This document shows, piece by piece, positions 29,045-38,520 of a stretch of DNA of 64,000 nt. The translations under genes were made by a program, and so were the position numbers. This DNA is from Nitrospinales bacterium. GTDB taxonomy: Bacteria; Nitrospinota; Nitrospinia; Nitrospinales; VA-1. Where the stretch lies: assembly GCA_965262115.1 (NCBI GenBank), contig OZ253496.1, positions 1,184,001 to 1,248,000 on the forward strand. The letters are read 5' to 3'. Numbering within the stretch: position 1 is the stretch's first letter; the number at the start of each line of letters is the position of its first letter. Below the pieces are notes generated by a model that did not search any database, was not told where the DNA came from, and saw only the letters and a list, made by a program, of their open reading frames with translations.

Positions 29045-29995
29045 ATGAATCAGAAACCCCATTTTATTGGCATCGATATTTCTAAACTCCATCTGGATGT
29101 TGCTGACAGCATGACTCAAGAAACCTGGCAAACCGCTAACAATGAAGAAGGGATTGCTGGTTTGGTCGAGAGTTTATCCGCCTTAAATCCTCCATTGATC
29201 GTTTTGGAAGCCACAGGCGGCTTAGAGATCCCGTTGGCTTCGGCCCTGGTTGCGGGTCGACTGCCAGTAGCCGTGGTCAACCCACGGCAAGTTCGTGATT
29301 TTGCCAAAGCCACCGGGAAACTGGCAAAAACCGATGTCATTGATTCTCTTGTGCTGGCCCATTTTGCCAAGGCCATACGTCCTGAGGTCAGGAAAATCAA
29401 AGACGAAGAATCTCTGGAACTCTCAGCTCTAGTGACACGCCGTCGCCAGTTGATCGAGATGCTGACCAAAGAAAAAACCCGTCTAAAACAAGCTCCAAAA
29501 TGGATATGTAAAGACATTAAGGAGCATATCGAATCTCTTAAAAAACGCTTGCGAAAAATCGATGGCGACCTTTCCAGAACCATCAAAAACAGTTCTGCCT
29601 GGCGTGAGCACGACCAGATCATACAAAGTGTTCCCGGTGCCGGTCCCGTTCTGGCTGTCAACCTCTTGGCCGGGGTTCCGGAACTTGGAGTTCTTAATCA
29701 GAAGCAAATCGCCGCCCTCATCGGTCTCGCTCCCCTCAATCGGGACAGCGGAAAGTTCCGGGGCCGCCGGTGTATCTGGGGCGGTCGCGCCAATGTGCGT
29801 GCCGCTTTATACATGGCCGCCGTCACTGCCATGCAGCATAATCCCGTGATTCGTACCTTTTACACACGCCTCATCGAAAAGGGCAAACCCTTTAAAGTTG
29901 CCATTACCGCATGCATGAGAAAGTTATTAACGATCATCAATACCATGATCAAAACAAAAACACTCTGGAATGAAAATCTCATTGCCAGCACTTGA
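29045..29995 (+). CDS. IS110-family DEDD recombinase/transposase
   Basis: 'IGIDISK', 'VLEATG', 'KTDVIDS', 'SVPGAG', 'RDSGK', 'ACMRKLL'; 316 aa, intact. Confidence 0.96.
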   Translation: MNQKPHFIGIDISKLHLDVADSMTQETWQTANNEEGIAGLVESLSALNPPLIVLEATGGLEIPLASALVAGRLPVAVVNPRQVRDFAKATGKLAKTDVIDSLVLAHFAKAIRPEVRKIKDEESLELSALVTRRRQLIEMLTKEKTRLKQAPKWICKDIKEHIESLKKRLRKIDGDLSRTIKNSSAWREHDQIIQSVPGAGPVLAVNLLAGVPELGVLNQKQIAALIGLAPLNRDSGKFRGRRCIWGGRANVRAALYMAAVTAMQHNPVIRTFYTRLIEKGKPFKVAITACMRKLLTIINTMIKTKTLWNENLIAST

Positions 29996-30096
29996 CATTT
30001 AACACAGTTGCTTCGGGGCATGGGTGAAATCCCCAACATCTGGTTCCTTCCCGGAACAAGTAGGCAGAGTATGACCCTTTTAGTAGGACAATCAGG

Positions 30097-31602
30097 ATGA
30101 TTGAAAAAATTAACGAGAGGGTTTTGATTTTCATAGTCGCCTTCAATGCTGAAAAAACTATCCTCAATGTTTTAAGACGCACCCTCTCATCCGTATCCAA
30201 GTTGGACCATCAAGTCCTGATCATAGATGACTGTTCTAGAGACAAGACTTTTAGTAAGACTGTTGAAAACCTGACCCAGTTCAAACCTCTCAATATAAAG
30301 GTTCTTTTCAACCCGGAAAAACAGGGTTACGGAGGAAATCAAAAATTGGGATATCACTACGCCATTGAGAACGGATTCGACTTGGTAGTTCTATTACACG
30401 GTGACGGACAGTATGCCCCGGAACGGCTCGATGAAATGATATCAACCATTATCCGGGAAAAGGCGGATGCGGTGATCGGTTCAAGAATGCTTGACGGATT
30501 TTCTGCCCTTAGGGAGGATATGCCTTTATATAAATTTATCGGAAACAAAATTCTTACTTTTATTCAGAACAGACTTCTAAAGACTCGGCTTTCTGAGTTT
30601 CATTCCGGTTACAGGATTTATAATGTGCAGACTCTAACAAAGATTCCTTTCGAACTGAATACCAACGATTTTCATTTCGACACAGAAATCCTGATCCAAC
30701 TAATTCTCGGAAAATTTTTCATTCGAGAAATTCCTATACCTACCTATTACGGAGATGAAATTCGCCATTTCAAAGGGATCAAATATGCATGCGATGTTAT
30801 TTTTCAAACCCTAAAAAGCCGACTTCATCAAGTGTCGCTGTTTTATGAAAGAAAATTTGATATTCGCAGGGGAGTGGAAAAATATACCCTTAAAAGAGGT
30901 TACCCTTCTTCCCATGAGTATGCCATTGCAGAGGTCAAAAACGATTCTACAGTTCTAGATATTGGATGCGGCGAGTCCCTGATGGGAATAGAGCTTGTCA
31001 AAAAAGGATGCCGGGTTGAAGCCATTGATAGCGAAGACTCTCAAGGGAGGGACAAACTTATTAAATTCACCCAAATAAACCTGAACGATGCCGAAGGCCC
31101 TATCCCTGTCGATCAATTCGACTATATCCTTCTTTTAGACGTTCTGGAGCATCTGGAGAATCCAGAAGACTTTGTCTATAACATCAGAAGGCTGTCGAGG
31201 GGGAAACTCCCAAAGATAATTGTTTCGGTCCCCAACATAGGGTGGTTTACAATGCGCCTGCAACTGCTACTGGGTAGATTCAATTATGGAGTCCGCGGGA
31301 TCCTGGATATGGGCCATCGGCGGTTATTTACTTTCAGTACAATTCTTGCAATATTCAAACAGGCGGGTTATAAAATTACCAAATCCATTGGAGTACCGGC
31401 TCCTTATCCATTAGCCATTGGAGATAATTTTATCAGCCGAATATTAATAACTATCAACCAGGGTTTGATTAAAGTTTTCCCGAGCTTGTTCTCGTACCAG
31501 ATATTTTTAGTCACCGTACCCCTGCCCACAGTGAACGAATTACTGCAAACCAGCCAGGATAGTTCTGACAAACTCATTGATGAAATCTCACGACCCCTTT
31601 GA
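30097..31602 (+). CDS. Bifunctional GT2 glycosyltransferase / class I SAM methyltransferase
   Basis: 'IIDDCSRD', 'GYGGNQK', 'LHGDGQY', 'EFHSGYR'; C-terminal 'VLDIGCG', 'DVLEHL'. Confidence 0.9.
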   Translation: MIEKINERVLIFIVAFNAEKTILNVLRRTLSSVSKLDHQVLIIDDCSRDKTFSKTVENLTQFKPLNIKVLFNPEKQGYGGNQKLGYHYAIENGFDLVVLLHGDGQYAPERLDEMISTIIREKADAVIGSRMLDGFSALREDMPLYKFIGNKILTFIQNRLLKTRLSEFHSGYRIYNVQTLTKIPFELNTNDFHFDTEILIQLILGKFFIREIPIPTYYGDEIRHFKGIKYACDVIFQTLKSRLHQVSLFYERKFDIRRGVEKYTLKRGYPSSHEYAIAEVKNDSTVLDIGCGESLMGIELVKKGCRVEAIDSEDSQGRDKLIKFTQINLNDAEGPIPVDQFDYILLLDVLEHLENPEDFVYNIRRLSRGKLPKIIVSVPNIGWFTMRLQLLLGRFNYGVRGILDMGHRRLFTFSTILAIFKQAGYKITKSIGVPAPYPLAIGDNFISRILITINQGLIKVFPSLFSYQIFLVTVPLPTVNELLQTSQDSSDKLIDEISRPL

Positions 31603-31682
31603 CAAGCGAACCTGCAAAAGCATTAGGTTTATTTTATCTGATAAAGTTACCCAACAATATCTTCGCCGACCACACCGAGAAT

Positions 31683-32411
31683 ATGACATTCCAGAATAAA
31701 ACCCTCAAAGTTGCATTTTTGGGAACAGTATTGATAATTCTTGCGGGCAATGTTTATTCTCTATTTTTTTACGCCAATCTCATTCCTTTGCATGTGGATG
31801 AAGGGAGATATTTTTTTCATTTTACGAACACATTATTTCAAAATAGATTTGAACTTTATTTTCAATACCCAGTTCATTCACTTACTATTTATTTGGCAAA
31901 AGTGTCTCTCTGGATTTTTGGAAAAACTGGAATTGGTTGGAGACTCCCGGTAATTCTTTTTTCCGTGCTGAGCGGGGGCATTCTTTTTTATTTTGTATGC
32001 AAAACAGTTCATTCATTCCGAGTGGCAACTCTGGCCCTGAGCTTTCTGTTCCTCAACCCATTCTTCATTCACTATTCGCACGAATTAAGGGGATATCCGT
32101 CCCTGTTTTTCTTCGCAGTTTGCAGTTATGCATGTTTGTGGCTTCTGTTTGAAAGAAAAAGTCAGTTCGGCCCATGGTGTGGACTTTTTTTATCCCTTTT
32201 GGCTTGCTATGTGGCAAGCATTTCATCCTTAATGTTTTTCTTTGTATTTCTTTTCGTGATATGGATTCTAAGGTTGCTTGAGCATTTTTCATATTTTCAA
32301 GATCATTTAAAGCTTTTCAACAATATAAATACTAAGCATTTATTTATATTTTCCTTGGTTTTTTCGATTGTTGTCCTTTTTATTGTTTTCAAGGTCGACT
32401 ATAAAACTTGA
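31683..32411 (+). pseudogene. GT-C (PMT/ArnT-like) membrane glycosyltransferase truncated by IS30
   Basis: 'LHVDEG', 'RLP', 'YSHELRGY'; stop coincides with IS30 left end. Start uncertain (31599 or 31683). Confidence 0.7.
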
Positions 32412-32506
32412 GTTCAAGTTGTAAGTACAACTTTTATGGTTGATTAAGAGGCAAGCTGGGATAAACTCCACAGCGTTTCTCAAATCGCCAAATCAAAGGA
32501 GCGCGG

Positions 32507-33618
32507 ATGAGAGTTTATGCCCAACTTACCCAAGGACAACGATACCAGATTGAAGCACTCTTAAAAACGGGTCATAACCAAACAATGATAGCCAAAGTAC
32601 TTACCGTCCATAAATCAACGATCAGCCGTGAGATCAGACGTAATCGAGGTCGCCGTGGTTACCGGCCAAAACAAGCCCAGGAGAGGGCTGTGATGCGCCG
32701 TTTAATCAAATCCGTACCGCGCATCGGTTTTTCTACCTGGACCATGGTGGACTCCCTGATCAAACAAGACTGGAGCCCGGAACAGATCTCAGGCCGTTTG
32801 TTCAAAGAACAAGGCATTTCGATCAGTCACGAACGCATTTACCTCTATATTTACCAGAACAAACAACAAGGCGGTGATCTTCATAATCACCTGCGTTGCC
32901 AGAAAAAACGCCGCAAACGTTATGGTAAACAAGATCGCCGGGGACGCATTCCCAACCGCATCAGCATTGATAAACGCCCGGCTATCGTTAACAACAAGTC
33001 CAGGATCGGTGACTGGGAAGGCGATCTCATCATTGGCAACGGACACCGGGGGGTCATCGCCACCCTTGTAGAACGCAAAACCAAATATACGGTTCTGGCC
33101 AAATCGAACACCCAACAAGCCCGGTCGGTACGCCAAACCCTCGAACAAGGACTTAGGCCTCATAGAAACAGGGTTCACACAATCACCTGTGACAACGGGC
33201 TGGAGTTTGCCGAACACCAGAAAATGGCGCAATCCCTGTCGGCTAATATCTACTTTGCCCATCCTTATGCTTCTTGGGAACGAGACCTTTGCATAAGTCG
33301 AAAAATCGAAGAATCTAGATGCTTCGACAAGCTCAGCATGACAATACTGGGCCATTTTGTCATTCTGAGAAACAAGGTGACGAAGAATCTCGGGTTATGC
33401 AAAGGTCTCCTTGGGAACGGGGCCTGAACGAAAACACCCATGGACTCATTCGACAATATTTACCAAAATCACCGCCCCTGAATAACATCACCCACAAGAA
33501 ACTGGGCACCATCATGGATCAACTCAATCATCGACCCAGAAAAACACTCGACTTTAAAACACCCTGTGAACTATTCTTCAAAAAACAAACTTTACTAACT
33601 GTTGCACTTACTAGTTGA
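32507..33618 (+). pseudogene. IS30 transposase split by MITE
   Basis: HTH 'HKSTISREIRRN', 'WSPEQI', 'GDWEGD', 'CDNGLEF', 'PYASWER' then 'GLNENTHGLIRQYLPK...RPRKTL' resumes after the insertion. Confidence 0.92.
33282..33409 (+). mobile_element. 128-bp MITE with 15-bp perfect TIRs and 9-bp TSD
   Basis: GAGACCTTTGCATAA...TTATGCAAAGGTCTC flanked by CTTGGGAAC (33273-33281, 33410-33418). Confidence 0.93.
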
Positions 33619-33651
33619 ATCCACCGGTGATTATTCAGCACCAGCAGGAAT

Positions 33652-34167
33652 TTATACTGTTGCGGATTTGATAAACATTTTATAAGCGATGAGGCCAAAT
33701 AGCGTGACTCCTGCCGCAAAAAAAGCGGTTCCTGATGCTTGGGCGATCAGGGCAACCGACTCTTTTGCCGCACCGGTTGACCCCATTCCAGGAGCCAGAA
33801 ACCCGGCCAGCAGCCAGAAAATTCCATAGCCCAAACTTCCCAGCCCACTGAGCAGGGAAACTCCTAATTGCGCGCGGGCCGGAAAACTTAACCAGGCCAC
33901 CAGCAGTGAAAAAGCGATACTGATGACACCCATAGTCTGCGAGTGCAAATGGGCACGTTTCATATAAATCCATGATTTTTTAACCACCTTGTCGGCTTTG
34001 GCCTGATCGCCCTTATAAATCCCGGGCAATGCCTTTTCGGAGCCGGACTTCAAAATATCTTTAATGTTGTCTTCGCAACAACCGAAAGACAAACCCAACG
34101 ACCCTCCGAACAGGATCGCGATCATAGCGACTAAAACTCCATATTTGATGTGCGAAAAATCGATCAT
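33652..34167 (-). CDS. Hypothetical multi-TM membrane protein
   Basis: ATG at 34167 with GAGG RBS; about four TM helices, 'KRAHLH' motif. Confidence 0.7.
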   Translation of the reverse strand: MIDFSHIKYGVLVAMIAILFGGSLGLSFGCCEDNIKDILKSGSEKALPGIYKGDQAKADKVVKKSWIYMKRAHLHSQTMGVISIAFSLLVAWLSFPARAQLGVSLLSGLGSLGYGIFWLLAGFLAPGMGSTGAAKESVALIAQASGTAFFAAGVTLFGLIAYKMFIKSATV

Positions 34168-34274
34168 GGCCTCACCCAAAAGTTTTGTTATCAATGTCTG
34201 CTTAAAGCAGGTCCACTAATGCACCGGTATTTGTCAATTGTAAAATTATTTTTAACAGAGTAGAATTCCCACTG

Positions 34275-35810
34275 ATGAAAAGCGTTAACCATAAAGCCAA
34301 AACAATTATTGCCCTATATGCGCTCTGTTTCTTTCTGGCAGTTCCCCTCCCCGCAAGCGTCGAAGCTAACGAAAAGGGCATCCCCCTGTTCCAGAAGAAA
34401 ATCAAAAAAATCCTTTCCAGTTCCTGTCTGAGAAAAAAAAATTTTGGTATAAAAATTTACTCGCTGGATCGTGGCGAATCCCTTTTCGAATTACGCGGGG
34501 AAAAGCTATTCATTCCCGCCTCGAATTTAAAAGTTCTCACTACTGCCGTTGCGCTTGAAGTCCTTGGCCCAAATTACCGTTTTCCAACACGGCTCTATAC
34601 AGATGGTACCTTGAAAGATGACGTGTTAAACGGCAATCTTTATATCAAGGGTTATGGCGATCCCAAGTTTGTCACAGAGCAAATGTGGCTACTGGTCAAC
34701 GAATTAAAAAATCTTCCGGTGCGTGAAATCACTGGAAACATTATTGGCGACGATTCTTTCTTCGATGACAGGAAACGAGTGAAGACCTGGATCAAGAATC
34801 CAGGCGCAGAGGCTTATGAGGCCCCCTTAGGCGCACTGTCTTTCAACTTCAACACGGTCCAGGCTTTTGTGAGCCCCGGCCCGAAAGCGGGGAGCAAACC
34901 GAAGATCGTTATCGAACCCGATACCGAATACATCACTCTCGACAATCAAGCCAGAACCCTTAAACCCGGCAAACGCAACCGGCTGATTGTCAACCGGTTG
35001 GACCGCAATGGATTTGATGAGATCACGGTTTCAGGAGGAATCCGTCTCGACCAGCCTCGGGCTCAGTATTTCTTAAACATTACCGACCCCACCCTATACA
35101 CCCTGAGCACACTGAAAAAATACCTGGGATATGCAGGCATCCAGTTCCTAGGCAAAATCGAGCAGGGAATAGTTCCTGCAGCAGCGATGGAATTATTAAC
35201 TCACGAGTCAGAACCCCTTACATTGGCGCTTCAGGGTCTCAACAAGTTCAGCAATAACTTTGTGGCGGAACAGATTTTAAAAACCATCGGGGCTGAGAAA
35301 TATGGTCCGCCCGGCACCACCCTGAAAGGTCTTAAAGCTTTTGAAGAGTATCTGACAGAACTGGGATACCGACCGGATCAATACAAGGTTCTCGATGGTT
35401 CCGGTTTGTCCCGGAAAAACCGCTTGTCGCCGCAAATGATTGTTGATGTCCTCCGCTATGTCAAGAACGACCTGGGAGTGTACCCTGAGTTTGTTTCTGC
35501 TTTGGGTGTGATGGGGGTGGATGGAAATGTAAAAAACAGAATGCGTGGGGTAAAAAGTTCGGAGCGAGCACGGGTTAAAACCGGCACCCTGAATTTTGTC
35601 AGCGCGCTTTCCGGTTATTTTCAATCCCGGGACGGAGAAACTTTTGCTTTCTCTATTTTAATGAATGGCTTGAAATGCTCTAACGGCAGGATCAAAAAAC
35701 TACATGACCAGATCATCCGGGAAGGGTTGCACTTTCGACGCATTCCTACCGGCAGTGTCATTTCCGAAAAACAGGGAAACCCTCCACCTACTTCAGATCC
35801 AGCTCTTTAA
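34275..35810 (+). CDS. dacB: D-Ala-D-Ala carboxypeptidase/endopeptidase PBP4
   Basis: PASNLK (SxxK), 'SNN', 'DGSGLSR', KTGTL. Confidence 0.95.
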   Translation: MKSVNHKAKTIIALYALCFFLAVPLPASVEANEKGIPLFQKKIKKILSSSCLRKKNFGIKIYSLDRGESLFELRGEKLFIPASNLKVLTTAVALEVLGPNYRFPTRLYTDGTLKDDVLNGNLYIKGYGDPKFVTEQMWLLVNELKNLPVREITGNIIGDDSFFDDRKRVKTWIKNPGAEAYEAPLGALSFNFNTVQAFVSPGPKAGSKPKIVIEPDTEYITLDNQARTLKPGKRNRLIVNRLDRNGFDEITVSGGIRLDQPRAQYFLNITDPTLYTLSTLKKYLGYAGIQFLGKIEQGIVPAAAMELLTHESEPLTLALQGLNKFSNNFVAEQILKTIGAEKYGPPGTTLKGLKAFEEYLTELGYRPDQYKVLDGSGLSRKNRLSPQMIVDVLRYVKNDLGVYPEFVSALGVMGVDGNVKNRMRGVKSSERARVKTGTLNFVSALSGYFQSRDGETFAFSILMNGLKCSNGRIKKLHDQIIREGLHFRRIPTGSVISEKQGNPPPTSDPAL

Positions 35811-35822
35811 AGACCCTCTGAC

Positions 35823-36578
35823 TTAACCGCCAAAAACCTTGCGGTTTTCCTTGCGGTCTTCTTCCAGAATTTTTTTCCAATCCCTTTTCACATGGGGAGC
35901 TGCTAGAAAATCCTCATAAATGGATTTCGCCAGTTCCATGCGGTCAATGCCTTCCGGCGCGACTTGGATATCCAACTGCGCCAGGGCCATGTCAAAGTCC
36001 CGATCCAATAAGGAAGCGGAATCCATATCACATTCTTTCAGCGCCTGACGAACGGTCGCGGGGTCCTGACCAAAACGTCTTGCCACTTCATTGAGGTTGG
36101 AAGGCTTATATTCTTTTTTAGGTCCAATGCCCAAATGATAGGCACAGAACAAGCTGAAAGCATCCAGATTCCCGGTCAATGGCTTTTCCGAGACAGACGG
36201 ATTTTTCGCCGCGGAGGTCTCAACAGGCCGCCTTGAAGTCGGCGCCGTTCTTCCATTGCCCCTGCCAGATCTTTCCTGATAGGGTGGTTTTTGCCCATTC
36301 GGGTTACCGTCATTGTTGCGTTTTTGGCGATACGGATTCTTGCCGGTTTGCGGTTTGCGGGTATTGCTGGAACCCGACTTGTTTTTGCTAGCTATGCTGA
36401 TGTGAGAAGTCAATGCCTGGGAAGAAGAAGGACTAGAGGAAACCCATGGATGGATTCCGCCTTTCCTCTGCCCAGAGTTTTGGTTTTGATTTCTTCCGGA
36501 GGCGTTGCCCTGGCAGTTTTGATTTTGAGGTTTCCGCAGGTTGCTCCCGTTTCTTCTAAATGAGCCTGTTTTTTTCAA
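35823..36578 (-). CDS. Hypothetical protein with low-complexity N/R/Q-rich N-terminus and folded C-domain
   Basis: 251-aa ORF; C-terminal 'FSLFCAYHLGI...NLNEVARRF'. Confidence 0.7.
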   Translation of the reverse strand: MKKTGSFRRNGSNLRKPQNQNCQGNASGRNQNQNSGQRKGGIHPWVSSSPSSSQALTSHISIASKNKSGSSNTRKPQTGKNPYRQKRNNDGNPNGQKPPYQERSGRGNGRTAPTSRRPVETSAAKNPSVSEKPLTGNLDAFSLFCAYHLGIGPKKEYKPSNLNEVARRFGQDPATVRQALKECDMDSASLLDRDFDMALAQLDIQVAPEGIDRMELAKSIYEDFLAAPHVKRDWKKILEEDRKENRKVFGG

Positions 36579-36660
36579 AACGCTATTCCTTTAAATATGG
36601 GGTGGAGTTTCATGGTTCTAATCATCCTCTTTGTTTTGGGGTAAGGGTTAAACATTTTTG

Positions 36661-38469
36661 CTAATGGGTTAGGTGCTCGAGCTCATCCACCAAGCTGGAA
36701 AATTTTGCCAAAGCGGTTCTAACCGGTACGGGTGAAAGCATATCCACCCCTGCAGACTTCAGCAGGTCGATCGGGTATTTTGATCCCCCTGATTTCAAAA
36801 AGCCCAAATAGTCGCTCAACTCTGCTTCTCCACCGGAAAGAACCCGGTTGGCCAAAGCATAAGCGGCGGAAATGCCTGTGGCATATTTATAAACATAGAA
36901 ACTGAAATAAAAATGTGGGATGCGAAAACATTCCAAGGACAGGCAATCATCCAGAACCACTGCTGGACCGAAATAAAGTTCCAGAAGATTCCTATAAATC
37001 TTTTTGAAGGGTTCCAGTGTCAAAGGCTCATTATTCTCCATTGCCTTATACACCTGATATTCGAATTCGGCAAACATGGTCTGCCGGTATAACGTACCGC
37101 GGAAATTACCAATCTCCCGGCAAATGAGATAAATTCGCATGTCCGGGGCAATATCCTGGCCCAAAAAATGCCGGGTCAAAAGAGCTTCGTTAAAAGTGGA
37201 AGCCACTTCCGCCACAAAGATCGTGTAGTCGGAATACAGATAAGGCTGATTTTTTCTTGAATACAACGAGTGCATCGAATGCCCCGCTTCGTGCGCAAGA
37301 GTGTAGGCGCTGTTGATATTGTCTTCCCGGTAATTCATGAGAATGAAGGGATTCGAATCGTAGCACCCGGAGGAATAAGCCCCGCTCCGCTTGCCTTTGT
37401 TTTCATAACGGTCTGTCCAGCGGTCTTCCGACAACCCGCGTGTCAGTTGTTCGACATACTCCTCACCTAAAGGATTCAGGGCAGACCGAATCTCTTCTAC
37501 CGCCTGCTCGAAGGGCATGTGCCATTTCATATCCTTCACCAGCGGAACACCGCAATCATACATATGCAATTCGTCAAGTTTTAACAGGCGTTTTCTTAAA
37601 TCAAAATATTTATACAGCGGGTCGAGATTCTGATGCACCGATTCGATCAGATTGTCATAAACCTCCACCGGGATATTTTCAGAAAACAACGCCTTGGCCC
37701 GGTAACTGAAAAAGTTTTTGGCCCTCGAGTAAAACAAATCCTTTTTTATGCTTCCGGCAAGCAAAGTGGAATAGGTATATTGATGGGATTCGTAAGCCTT
37801 GTAATAGGTATTAAAAGCATCCTGCCTGACCCTGCGGTCATAATTCTGCATAAGGCTCTGGAAATTGCCGTGAGTGAGAGAAACCGTTTCACCGTTTTCA
37901 TCCTCAATCTCCCCCAGTTGAAGGTCGGCGTTATCGAGCATATCGAATGCGTCCCGCATGCCCCGCCCCATTTCGCCGGACGCGGCTAAAAGCGCCTCCT
38001 CTTTTTCGGAGAGCGTGTGATCCCGGTAACGCAAAACCTGTTCCAGATGGAATCGGTAAAACTCCAGTTCCTTATCGGCCAAAAACGCAGATATCTTATT
38101 ATCAGGGATAGACATAATTTCTGACCGGATGAAACTGGAAGCTCGGCTTGCTTCATTGACCAGCCTCATGACCTTTTCAAAATTCCCCTGATAAAGACTA
38201 TTGGTTTTATCCTCATCATTTTTAAGATGGGCAAACGTGTAAAGCTTTCCCAACTGGCGGGAGAGGTTCATATCAAACTCCAGGCAAGCCTTGAGTTTGA
38301 GGGCAGACTCCGCCAACGTGCCGACAAAGGAAGCGTATTCATTAATACCCGCTTCCAATTCGGTCAACTCGGTGTTCCAGACATCATCGGATGAATACAA
38401 CCCTGTCAAATCCCATTGGGACTCTACAGTCACTTCATCGCGTGCCAGGGTTCCTGCTTTGGCATCCAT
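36661..38469 (-). CDS. pepF: Oligoendopeptidase F
   Basis: 'WDL', 'GKRSGAYS', HEAGH, 'AEVAST', 'RQTMFAEFE', 'YVYKYATG'. Confidence 0.95.
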   Translation of the reverse strand: MDAKAGTLARDEVTVESQWDLTGLYSSDDVWNTELTELEAGINEYASFVGTLAESALKLKACLEFDMNLSRQLGKLYTFAHLKNDEDKTNSLYQGNFEKVMRLVNEASRASSFIRSEIMSIPDNKISAFLADKELEFYRFHLEQVLRYRDHTLSEKEEALLAASGEMGRGMRDAFDMLDNADLQLGEIEDENGETVSLTHGNFQSLMQNYDRRVRQDAFNTYYKAYESHQYTYSTLLAGSIKKDLFYSRAKNFFSYRAKALFSENIPVEVYDNLIESVHQNLDPLYKYFDLRKRLLKLDELHMYDCGVPLVKDMKWHMPFEQAVEEIRSALNPLGEEYVEQLTRGLSEDRWTDRYENKGKRSGAYSSGCYDSNPFILMNYREDNINSAYTLAHEAGHSMHSLYSRKNQPYLYSDYTIFVAEVASTFNEALLTRHFLGQDIAPDMRIYLICREIGNFRGTLYRQTMFAEFEYQVYKAMENNEPLTLEPFKKIYRNLLELYFGPAVVLDDCLSLECFRIPHFYFSFYVYKYATGISAAYALANRVLSGGEAELSDYLGFLKSGGSKYPIDLLKSAGVDMLSPVPVRTALAKFSSLVDELEHLTH

Positions 38470-38520
38470 AACTCAGGATAGGACGGGAAACACGGGTTTC
38501 CAAAAGGTGATTAACATTCT

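Larger units (their letters stand above)
28812..30012 (+). mobile_element. IS110-family (IS621-like) element bounded by CT cores
   Basis: Left CT-TGTATGTT (28812), right TTGACA-TTTAACACAGTTG-CT (ends 30012); joining the ends gives TTGACA-N17-TATGTT. Confidence 0.85.
32410..33622 (+). mobile_element. IS30-family element, interrupted by MITE
   Basis: Imperfect TIRs GAGTTCAAGTTGTAAGTACAAC / GTTGCACTTACTAGTTGAATCC; transposase within. Confidence 0.9.

Noticed and set aside
30011..30070. CTTCGGGGCATGGGTGAAATCCCC resembling the 5' end of an FMN riboswitch
   Set aside because: Later conserved FMN segments are missing, no riboflavin gene follows, and the first part is explained by module A.
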